From NCBI GenBank assembly GCA_951406725.2, contig OX597823.1, forward strand, positions 80,228,001 to 80,292,000: a DNA stretch of 64,000 nt, given 5' to 3'. This document shows positions 38,020 to 50,900 of the stretch, piece after piece (the stretch's first letter is position 1; each line of letters starts with the position of its first letter). The stretch is from Octopus vulgaris. Its lineage: Eukaryota. The position numbers were made by a program, and so were the translations under genes. The notes beneath the pieces are model-generated. The model saw only the letters and a list, made by a program, of their open reading frames with translations, did no database searches and was not told the origin of the DNA.

Positions 38020-41000
38020 GGCATATATGTATGTATGTATGTATACATATTTACATTTGTATGTATGCATGTATGTATGCATGCATGAATGTATGTATGT
38101 ATGTATGTATGTATGATGTATGTATGCATGCATGCATGTATGCATGCATGCATGCATGCATGTATGCATGCATGTATGCATGTATGTATGTATGTATGCA
38201 TGCATGCATGCATGTATGCATGTATGTATGTATGCATGTATGTATGCATGTATGCATGTATATATGCATGTATGCATGTATGTATGTATGCATGCATGTA
38301 TGCATGCATGCATGTATGTATGTATGTATGCATGTATGTATGTATGTATGTATGCATGAGTAGCAGAATGACAGAAACACAAACGTTAGTTCATAAATTG
38401 TATTTTATGATACAGCAACAGAGATACAAGTGTCATTTGTTGAATATAGTCTTTTGCTTGATAAACGTATTTTATGTTAGAGCAACAACATGCAAGAATC
38501 ATTTGAGAAATTTTATGGTAGAGTGATAGAAATAATAATGTTATTTATTATGTGTGTTCTGACAGAGCTAAACAAAAATAACAGAGTTAACCGTCAGTTA
38601 TGGAAAGAATATACTTGTGACAATATAATGCTCTTTTCTACTCTAGGAACAAGGCCTGAAACTTTTGGGGAGGGGGCCAGTCGATTAGATCAACCCCAGT
38701 ACACAACTGGTACTTAATTTATCGACCCTGAAAGGATGGAAGGCAAAGTCAACCGTGGCAGAATTTGAGCCCAGAACGTAAAGACAGACGAACTACCACT
38801 AAATATTTCACCCGGCATGCTAAAGCTTCTGCCAGCTCACCGCCTAGTGGCCTAGGTATGAGTATAGAAATTTTGAGCATTAATGAATGTGAACATTAAA
38901 AAGTAAAAGAAATATTCTATGCAGTAAAGAACTAAATGTATGATAATTAATGATAATTTATACACAACATGTTTTAGAAAAGATCTATCAGAATTGTTTT
39001 AACTTCTTACCAGGATAATGTCAATAAGTTGTCTTGGGATTCAAAGGATGAAAATTGAACAAAAGTGATAGTAATGAAAGACACACTGATGCAAAATATA
39101 AGTTAATGGTGTTTTTATTGATGTTACAGTTAAAACTAAATGAGGTATGAGAGAAGGAAAGAAACATTTTTTTGTCCCCCTATCATACCCTAACCTCTCA
39201 TCACTTGCACAAAGTCACCTCCCTCAATACGACTCCCTCTTTCAGTTGAGGGTCTTGCTTTGCAAGATACAGAGTGACCCCACTTGTGCTGGTTCCACAT
39301 TTAAAGCACCCAGTACACTTGGTAAAGTTGTTGGCATTAGGAAGGATGTCCAACTGTAGAATCCATGCCAAAGCAGGATAGAGCTTGGCACTGTCTTCTG
39401 GTTTGCCAGTTCCTATGAAACCATCCAACCCACACCAATATGGAAATGATTATAATGATGATGATGATGGAGTTTGTTATATATTCTTGTTCTATGATAA
39501 TAGTAACCAAAAGTGAATTTGTTTTCAACCTATTCATTGAATTAGCATGCAATTCACTGACTACTCTAAACATGTGTACTCTTCTTGTAATCCTCATTTA
39601 AAGGGAAAAATTTGACAAGAAAGTCAGTCGTCCACTGACACTCGTTGATGCTACATCGAAGAGGCCAGGGAACAGAAGAAAAAAGAAGAAAGAAGACATG
39701 CACACAACACCAGAGCTGAAGACACCTCCAAAAGTAGGGGGCCCCGCCACGTCAAAACGGTAGAGGAGTAAGGGCCGAAACCGGACATGGTTCCTCCTGA
39801 TGCTGTCTTGAGCTAACTGGATCCTATAAAGGAGCTGTTGTGGTAGAAGACCATAAAACACAGTTGAAATTCCCCAAACATGTGTACCCTTCTTGTAATC
39901 CTCAGGCAAAATCAACATGAAAGTGAATGACAAGGCTGAGTGTTTGAATTGAAGACACAATCCATCCAATGGCCTTCAATATATTGATAGTTTCTCTCCA
40001 CCCAATTTCATTCACAAGGCTTAGGCTGATCTGAAGTGACAGTGACAGACACTTGCTCACAATGCAAAACTGTAAGATCAAACTTAGGACCTGGTCATTG
40101 TGAGGCAAATGCTTGAAACATTAGACCATGCTTCTACTATATGCAACACTATTAAATCATTTTGGGGAAAAACGACATGTGCCGAGGGTGTTGCTATACT
40201 TTGTCGCTGAATGCAGGAGCCAATGTCTCATCAGACAGTGAACCAGCCAGCTCTGTGGGTGTTTCAGTCACCTCCACCCCCAAAACTCCTACAAAAGAAT
40301 ATTCTTCCTCATGTGATTACTAGTATCATAATTGTCAATATAATCATTCTTACCTTCTGAAATATTAAAGCAAGCCTTCACCTGCAACCAGACAACATAG
40401 TCTTCTGGTGTACTTCCTTCTACCTGACGTGGAGATTCCAAAATAACCTTTACAGCTGTCGCCTTTGGATAGGTGCTCAGTATGAGTGGTGTAGAAATGG
40501 CAGTACCTCCATTTATCCTATGGAATTCATCAGAACCAGGAATTTGTACAAGAACTGTTACTTTTTCTACAGAACCCATGAAAGCAACCTCAAGTAGTTC
40601 AACTCCTTCAGGTTTATCTGTCAGTTTTATGGTAACACTTGGTTTGGGTTCAGAAGGTGATTTTGGTACTGGAACCTTCCAACCAGACAATTCTGGTCTG
40701 ATATTAGTTACGGGATGGTCTGGTGTGTCAGGAGTTGATGATATGAAGGAATCAGGAATGATATTTATATCATTCATACCTTCTCTAACCACACAAGGTG
40801 CTGAAAAGAAAATACATATAGTTTATAAGGTTATTAAATCATATATATATATACATATACACATATATGTATATATACATATACACATACATGTATATAT
40901 ATATATATATAATACATATATGTATATGTATAATACATATATGTATATATACATACATACATATACATATATACATACATACATATACATACGTATACAT

Positions 41001-44000
41001 ACATATACATACATATATATATATATACCAACATGTGTATTTTATCAAATGACCTACGTGCTATTTATAGACAACAAATAGTACTTAAGATACAATATAC
41101 CATAAACCTGTCTTTTAAGACATTAGAAATGTGGCAAGCATTGCTGTGCTTATATTATTACCAATGGTAGGAACAAGAATGATAATTGTTTTACCAGTGT
41201 TTGAACTTGGAATAATGGGAGAAGAACCTCAATTAGTTTTAATGTAGTTTATCTTGGGCACATTGGTTCTGAACAACTAAATGAGAGTAGAAGAGATGTT
41301 AAAATTACAGATTGCCATTTACCTGATGTTGTTGTCTGTGTAGTGGATTCAGAGACAAGACTTGTTGATGTAGTTGTAACAACAGGTGTCTTAACAGATG
41401 GAGACGTCGCAATATGTGTTGTACTTGCTGATGTCACAATTTGCAGGTTAAAAAGGAAAATGATAACATATGATTACTATTAAAATTAGATATTAGTTAA
41501 TTATTAAGAATATCTGGTGCTTAAACCAATACCCACAAGAGTAAAATAATATTTTATATTGTTGATAAACATATATTTATAATTGTTAGATAATTGTTAA
41601 CATTGTGAAAATGGGGATGTAATAAATAATGATATTGGACAGAGGTATGAAAGTTACAATTCTTCAATCTAATGCCTTAACCCTTTTGTTACCGTATTTA
41701 TTTTGAGATACTCTGTGTTTCTTTCAATTAATTTTAAATATAACAAAGAATTTAATAAAATAACTTAGTTTTCATTAAGCTAGTGTTAGGAACATAAATT
41801 GTGACTAAGGTTTGGTGGAAGATTTTAATTCAAAACTTATGAAAATAAGACATTTGTACTACAGAGCCAGAGGTGGTTTCAGGCGGTTTTGTATCAAAAG
41901 GGTTAACTGGAAACAGGTGAGTGTTGGCAACAGGAAATATATCTAGCCATAGACAATTCTGCCTCACTGAAAAATGGCTCAACCTATGCAAGTATGGTCT
42001 AACAGACATTAAGATGAAGTTGATGGATGATGTATAGAGCACCAAACAGGCAAAATTTAAGGGACACCATAGTTTGCATCCCATTTCACAACCTGCACAG
42101 AGCTAAAGGCAAACATAATTTGCTTCCAGAATTTCAAATATTATCCCTGGACATCAGAACCTTTTAGTGATGTATCTAACAGTTGTTAAACACCAGCAGA
42201 TAGATCTTGATGTGTTTTCTTCTTTTTTGACAGAACATAAATGATATGTTCCGATGAGTTAAAGAGAATTTGAAAGTGCATGGTTTTTTTAAAAATCTCA
42301 TTGCTAGTGTAAAAGGGAGTAAAAATACTTCAAATCAAAATAATTGATAATTAATCCATAATTGATGTGTTTGCGACAATCTTTAATATCACAGACAATT
42401 AATCATATGATAGAAATATTTTAAAATATTAAAACCTTACCCCTTGTTGCAGGACTAGTAGAAGGAATAACCGTTCCTGTAACTAAGAAAACAAAAAATT
42501 ATTTTTAATAAACTTCTTTTCACTGATTTCAATTAACAACCATTATAATTATACATCTGATTACACTAACAGAATGTCTACATATCAACAGTAGGGCTGA
42601 CAATATATAAGTTGTGGTGAGTTGTGATATTGGCTAAGACATCTCCAAATGTGAATGGCCCATACATCTAATTACATCTGGTTACAATTTGGGCATTAAT
42701 CTCTATAACCAGCAAAACTCTGGGTTTCAGTATATCATACACTCTACAAACATTAACCCTTTAGAATTTAACCCTTTTATCATACACTCTACAAACATTA
42801 ACCCTTTAGAATTTAAACTAGTCATATCCAGCCAAAATGTTCTACCTGTCATATATGTTAAAAATGGTCAGACACAACCTCTCACATCTACCTTAAATGT
42901 TATTCTAAAAGTTAGCAATCCAATAAGGGGTATTTCAAAGGTATGAGATAATCCATAATAAATTCAAACAATGTGAATAAATAAATGTTACATTTGACAG
43001 AATAATCTGAATGGTAAAAGGTTGATGTTTTTCATTATATGAGTCTAATGAGACAATCTCTGGATCACTCTGTTTACATTTATAGTTGTGACAAAGTAAT
43101 GTCTGTGCAACACACTGCAGAAAAACTTATTTTATCCAATAACACTGGTATATTCTATTTTTTCCAAAATATTTATATATTTTGCAAATACTCTTTGCTC
43201 TTTTACTTGTTTCAGTCATTTGACTGCGGCCATGCTGGAGCACCGCCTTTAGTCGAGCAAATTGACCCCAGGACTTATTCTTTGTAAGGCTAGTACTTAT
43301 TCTATCGGTCTCTTTTGCGGAATTGCTAAGTTACAGGGATGTAAACACACCAGCATCGGTTGCCAAGCGATGTTGGGGGGACAAACACAGACACACGAAC
43401 ATACACACACACTTACATATATATATATACACACATATATACGACGGGCTTCTTTCAGTTTCCGTCTACCAAATCCACTCACAAGGCTTTGGTCGACCTG
43501 AGGCTGTAGTAGAAGACACTTGCCCAAGGTGCTACACAGTGGGACTGAACCCGGAACAGTGTAGTTGGTAAGCAAGCTACTTACCACACATCCACTCCAG
43601 TGCTTAATATATATATCATTTGTTATGACTATTTCATAAATATAAAATTTTAGTCCAATTCTTTCATTAAGAATACCTTTAAGAAGCATATAAAATAGTG
43701 GGTTAAGATTTCTTGATTATAAATTCTGTAGCTGTGTCAATATGACTTTGAAATATTGATACATTTCCAATAATTAGAGATAATTATTACCTATATTACT
43801 ATCAGGTTACACAGAGATATGTTCATTTCTAAGTTTTTACTAATATAAACATCAAAACAAATTAATGTTGTGTCGTATAGATAAGAGTTGCAAAGAAATA
43901 ATTATAATAAAATATCTTTAAACAGGTACAAGCAACATCTTAAATGTGAAGACTTACAAAACTTATGTAAATTCAAGAGAATAAAGCTTAAAATATAGAT

Positions 44001-47000
44001 CAAATCAAAGTAAATATTGAATACTACATTATTTATATTTTTGCAATCTTCATTATCAAATATATTTACCTCAGTCAATTATCATTTCAGTTCATAACTA
44101 ATTAAAATTATTTATTATTATATGTACAATAACTGTAACCAAAGTCAGATTATAATTAGTCAACTGTTAATATTTCATTTCATGTACAATAACTATAACC
44201 AACAAGTAATATGATTATGCTTACCTGCTGAAATATTAAAGCAAGCCTTCACCTGCAACCAGACAAAATAGTGTTCTGGTACACCTCCTTCTACAATTCC
44301 TTGAGATTCCAAAATAATCTTCACAGCTGTTGCCTTTGGATAATTATTCAATATAAGGGATCCTGTAATGTTGGTACCTCCCACTGTCTTCTGGAATTCC
44401 TCAGAGCCAGGTGTTTGCACAAGAATTGTTACTTTATCAACACTACCCCACATTTCAACTTCAAGTAGTTCAACTCCTTCAGGTTTATCTGTCAATTTTA
44501 TAGTAACACTTGGTTTGGGTTCAGAAGGTGATTTTGGTACTGGAACCTCCCAACCAGACAAGTCTGGTCTGATATTAGTTACGGGATGGTCTGGTGTGTC
44601 GGGAGTTGATGATATGAAGGAATCAGGAATGATATTTATATCATTCACACCTTCTCTGACCACACAAGGAGCTGAAAAACAGTAATATTTCATTATTTTA
44701 TATTATTGTAACATTACAATTTAAACTGTATCAACCTCAATAATTTCTTGTATATGCTCCACAAACTTTATGGACAACCACAATAAAAGCACTTACAGCA
44801 TTTACTGGTCAATATATAAGGAGCACTCCATCAGTTATGATGATGAGGGTCCCAGCTGATACGATCAACGGAACAGCCTGTTCATGAAATTAACGTGTAA
44901 GTGGCTGAGCAATCCACAGACATGCGTATCCCTAACGTAGTTCCAAGGGAGATCCAGCGTGACACAGAGTGTGACAAGGCTGGTCCTTTGAAATACAGGT
45001 ACTACTCATTTTTGTCAGCTGAGTGGACCGGAGCAACATGAAATAAAGTGTCTTGCTCAAGGACACAACGCGCCGCCGGGAATTGAACTCACGACCTTAC
45101 AATCGTGAGCCGAATGCCCCTAACCACTAAGCCACACGTCTTCACAATATATAATTCATAGACAAAGCATTGAGGCACAATTGTGCTTTAAACATGATAA
45201 TGTTGTAGAAACTGCTCTGCTATCTATATTTCATCCAGTTTTTGGAGACAAAAATTGAAGTAGATTTCACCAGGTTTTGAACTTAGAATGTCGTTTATTG
45301 CAGCTCATATTGAAAGCATTAGTATCTATACAACTAACTGAGTCAAAAGATATTTAAATAACATATTCATATTTACGTGCTGTTGTTGTCCTTGTTGTGG
45401 ATTCAGGAGAAATGCTTGTTGATGTAGTCGTTTCTGGATGAGGGGTTGTAACAACAGGCGTTTCAACAGATGGAACTGTCACAATACGTGTTGTACTTGC
45501 TGAAGTCACAATTTGCAAAGAAAAATGGGATAGCATGATAAATAATAGCAATTAAAGTGAAGTATTATTTGCTATTATAAATATCTAGTGATAAAGTCAA
45601 TGGACACAGGATTAAAATGATATTTGATATTGTTGATTAACAAATATCTATAATTGCTACATTATGATAAACATTGTGAAAGTAAATATAAATAGATAAC
45701 TTCTAATTAAAGCCAAAAGCCAGTAATTTTAAGAGGAGGGGGTTAGTCAGTTGCAGCATTGGCTCTGACATATACCTCTTACTCTCTTTTACTCTTTTTA
45801 ACTCTTTTTACTTGTTTCAGTCATTTGACTGCGGCCATGCTGGAGCACCACCTTTAGTCGAGCAAATCGACCCCAGGACTTATTCTTTGTAAGCCTAGTA
45901 CTTATTCTTTCGGTCTCTTTTCGCCGAACCGCTAAGTGACGGTAACATAGACACACCAGCATCGGTCGTCAAGCGATGGTGGGGGGACAAACACAGACAC
46001 ACAAACATACACACACACATGTATATATACATATAGATATATATACAACAGGCTTCTTTCAGTTTCCGTCTACCAAATCCACTCACAAGGCTTTGGTCAG
46101 CCCGGGGCTATAGTAGAAGACACTTGCCCAAGGTGCCATGCAGTGGGACTGAACCTGGAACCATGTGGTTGGGAAGCAAGCTTCTTACCACACAGCCACT
46201 CCTGTGCCTAAATACCTAATATTTTAGTTTGAAAACCTTGAAAGAGTGAAAGGCAGCATTGACTTTAGTGGCATTTCAACTCGGAACATAAAAACCAAAA
46301 CTGTATATCACAGTTTATTAGTAGATTGCTCTAAGAAACCTGCCTATCCACCAGCCTGGATGACATACAACAAATATTATAAGGAAGTATAAATGTTCAA
46401 AATTGTTAAACTTAAAAGGACTATTAATCATATTTAAGGAACCACTCCATCATATTCCATGGCTTAACAAGCACATGCAAATAACTTGCCTGAAAAGAGA
46501 GACCCTCTCTTGATTTATTAAACAGCTGTTGAGTAGCAGCAATTGTATTTTACTGGATATATAAAAGACATTTTGGTAGAAAATCTAAACTGAGTTAAGA
46601 ATGTGCAAGAATGTCTTTGATAGTGTAATAAAAAGGGAATGACTTCAAGTGGCAATAGTAATTAATCCACAATCTGCCCCTTGGTGACAGCCTTCATAAT
46701 CTTAATCTTTTTGACACCTACCTGCCCAAGTCTGCTTTTCTACAATACAAAGATCCAGTTTTACAATTATCTGAATTAAAAGCCACCTTTAAAATTTCAT
46801 GTTAATTTTCATTCTAAATAATATGGTGAGCTGGCACAATTGTTAAGAAGTTGAACAAAATGCTTAGCATTAATTCTTCTAGCATTTACATTTTGCATTT
46901 AAATCCCACCAAAGTTTTTGTCTTCCATCATTTTGGGGTCAATAAAATATATATTTGTTGAATATTGGCATCGATGTAATCAACTAGCCCTGTCCCCTAA

Positions 47001-47535
47001 AACTTCAGGCTTTTGGCCTATAGAAGAAAGATTTGTATTCCAAATACCAGCTTAATTGCAACACTTATTTTACTAAATATCTCATTATTTTCAAAATTAA
47101 TTGAAAAATGGCAGTTTATTTCTATAGAAATATGGTAACAAAAGGATTAAGTAATTAATCAAAATATTCTGTAATTACAGGAATGTTTTTAGGAATGTTT
47201 AAAATTTACCTCTTGTTGCAAGGCTTGTGGTGGGATGAACTGTTCCTGTAACTGGAAAAACAAAAGAATATTCACTTTCCAATTAAGATTCTATTAATTT
47301 CTACTTAAGTTTATGACAGTTATAATTATACTCCTGGTTGCATAAAATGGATATCTCAGAATTATTATTATTATTATTTTTGAGCAGAGGCAGTAGGATC
47401 TGCAAATAAAACAGGCAACCAGTAAGTAGAGGTGAGTCGTGAGTTTGGTCAAGACACTCTAAGCTCAAATAACTAATACATCTAATAATGAGGAGCCAAT
47501 GCAGGAGTTGATTTCCAGAACTAGTAATTAACTAT

Positions 47536-47596
<61 letters not shown>

Positions 47597-47893
47597 AATT
47601 AAGGACTGAACACGAAAAGTGGACAGTCAACATGCTAGATATAGACGTCAAATCGCCATTCACCACAAAAGATTATGTTCTCAGATCAAACTCAACACAA
47701 AGTTGTGTTGAGTTTGATCTGAGAACATAATCTTTTGTGGTGAATGGCGATTTGACGTCTATATCTAGCATGTTGACTGTCCACTTTTCGTGTTCAGTCC
47801 TTAATTGGTATATATAAATATTTTAATCTTCGGATTCTTTTTTAATATGCTAGACCACTGGTCTTAATTGATAAATATCAATTTCTACCCTTA

Positions 47894-47932
<39 letters not shown>

Positions 47933-50900
47933 AATTGCGACATCAAAGTGGCTGTTCCATGTTACTACTAATTTAACCCCAGGCAGTTCTTTGGTGTGGC
48001 AACTGACTTTACTTGTTAGTATAGTTATTACTCTGATCTCTTCTTGAGATTTTACAACTAGCTATTTTGCTTATATATATATATACATACAAAGGGGTGC
48101 TGAAAAGTTCCTGGCTTTAAGGGTATCCCAAAAGGCTTAGTTGGAGGTTCAACCTTCTGAGTTCTTTTACAGGCCTCAGAAAGCAGAAGGATCACTGCAA
48201 TCTGAGAGGGTAATATGTTGAATAAAATCATAATTAACTGATCCTCATGTATTTTCTTTTTTACCCAAAGCCGGGAACTTTTCAGCACCCCTTTCTATAT
48301 AAAATAATTAACTAAATATATGATATAACTGAACTTGATTTAAGTTTATCATACATTTTGTGAGAAATAATGTTTGGAATACTAACCATTCCACCGTAAT
48401 TATAGACATAACTGCAACCAATATTAACATCAGTTTGGAGAATATTATAATTCACTTGAAGCATTGTTTATTTTTTGTGAAATATAATGTGTCTTGAATA
48501 GCACAACAATGCAGAGTGGACTATAATAACTGGCAGAATCGTTAGCACGCCGGGCGAAATGCTTATAGGCATTTCGTCTGCCGTTACGTTCTGAGTTCAA
48601 ATTCCGCCGAGGTCGACTTTGCCTTTCATCCTTTCGGGGTCGATAAATTAAGTACTAGTTACGCACTGGGGTCGATGTAATCGACTTAATGTGTTTGTCT
48701 GTCCTCGTTTGTCCCCTCTATGTTTAGCCCCTTGTGGGCAATAAAGAAATATATAATAACTGTTATAATTTATCATTTATAGTCTGATATAATAGTATTT
48801 TGGAATATAAAAATTCCTGCTTCAGATATCGCTAGGAATCGATCCAGTCACTGCTGTGGCCATGCTGGGGCACTGCCTTGAAGGGTTTAGTTAAGCAAAT
48901 TGACACCAGTACTTATTGTCTTAAAGTCAACTACTTATTTCATTGGTCTCTTTTGCTGAACCACTATGTCATGGGGACATAAACAAACCAATTCCACTTG
49001 TCAAGTGATGAGGTGGTGGTGGGGGACAAACACAACAGGCTTCCTTTCAGTTTCTGTCTATCAAATCCACTTGCAAGATTTTGTCAACCCAGGTTTATAG
49101 TAGAAAACATTTGTCCAAGGTGCCAGGCAGAGAATTGAACCTGGATCTTATTTGACTAGGAAGCAAAATTCTTACCACCACAGTCATCACTCTGTGAGGT
49201 TCCACTAGTATACACACCAAAATATATCAATGTCATTTTGTACTCATAAGGACTGTAATAAAATAATGGTTAGGAAATATCTATTAGAGTAACATTTTAA
49301 ATTTGAATACCTAGTAAACCCATAATAAATTCATGTGTGTAAATATCAAAATAATGACCACTTTAAAGTAAATATTGAATGTTAAATGTTTTATATTTTA
49401 GTAGACTTATTTATCTAAAATATAACATCATAGTGCAATCAATTATTAATTATTTCATTTATAAAACCTATAATCAACAGACAATATAATAATTCTTACC
49501 TTCTGAAATATTAAAGCAAGCCTTCACCTGCACCCAGACAAAATAGTGTTCTGGTACACCTCCTTCTACAATTCCTTGAGATTCCAAAATAATCTTCACA
49601 GCTGTTGCTTTTGGATAATTATTCAATATAAGGGATCCTGTAATGTTGGTACCTCCCACTGTCTTCTGGAATTCCTCAGAGCCAGGTGTTTGCACAAGAA
49701 TTGTTACTTTATCAACACTACCCCACATGTCAACTTCAAGTAGTTCAACTCCTTCAGGTTTATCTGTCAATTTTATAGTGACACTTGGTTTTGGTTCAGA
49801 AGGTGATTTTGGTACTGGAACCTCCCAACCAGACAAGTCTGGTCTGATATTAGTTACAGGATGGTCTGGTGTGTCCGGAGTTGATGATATGAAGGAATCA
49901 GGAATGATATTTATATCATTCACACCTTCTCTGACCACACAAGGAGCTGAAAAACAGTAATATTTCATTATTTTATATTATTGTAACATTTCAATTTAAA
50001 CTGTATCAACCTCAATAATTTCTTGTATATGCTCCACAAAGTTTTAGCTACCAAATAAAAGTGGTAGCACAAATTCAAATGGCTGATTTTTGCTGGCATA
50101 AAATGGTTTCTAATGTGAAACCATAAAATGTGAGACCATAATGTGAAACCATAAAATGGTTTCACATTGACATAAGGTTAAACACTGTCATAGAGGAGTA
50201 TAACGAATGGAACTGATTTCAGTGCATGGTTGAACAACATTTTAACTCAGAACGTGAGAGCAGACATGGCTGTGTAGGAGGAAGTTTGCCTCTCAACTAC
50301 ATGATATCAGATTCCATCCCACAGTATGGCACCTTGGATAATGGTCATCTACTTTAGCACCAAAATGACCAACACCTTATGATTAGATTTGGTAGACAAG
50401 ACATTAAGAAGCCGATAATGTGTGTGTGAGTGTGTGTGTGTGTGGTGTTTGTATGGGTGTTTGTATGTGTAAGTGTGTGTGTGTGTGTGTGTGAGTGTGT
50501 TTGTGTGTTTGTGTTCCTGTGTGTGTGCGTATGTGTGTGTGTGTGTATGCATGTTTGTACGTGTAAGTATGTGTGTGTGTGTGTGCATGTGCTTGTGCAC
50601 AGGTATTGCAAAAACAAATAGACATTTTTGAAAGATTCCTCAAAGCAAAATGTCATTTATTGGAATTTAAATACTTAATCTTGTATGTAGTAGACATGCC
50701 TTGTTGATTTTGTTGCAAGGAACTACCAATGTCATCTTTGTAGCATTTGCAATCTGATTTCTAGCAATATTCCAACATGCCATTTTACTAGGGTGTGCTG
50801 AAAAGTCCTTGGCTTTGAGTAAAAGAAAATACAGGAGGAACAATTAATTATGATTTTATTCAGCATATTCCCCTCTCAGATTCATGCACTTGTTGCTGTG

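Noticed and set aside
34940-49960. Plus-strand ORFs repeated at 34940, 40473, 44368 and 49643
   Set aside because: Antisense shadows of the four domain exons.
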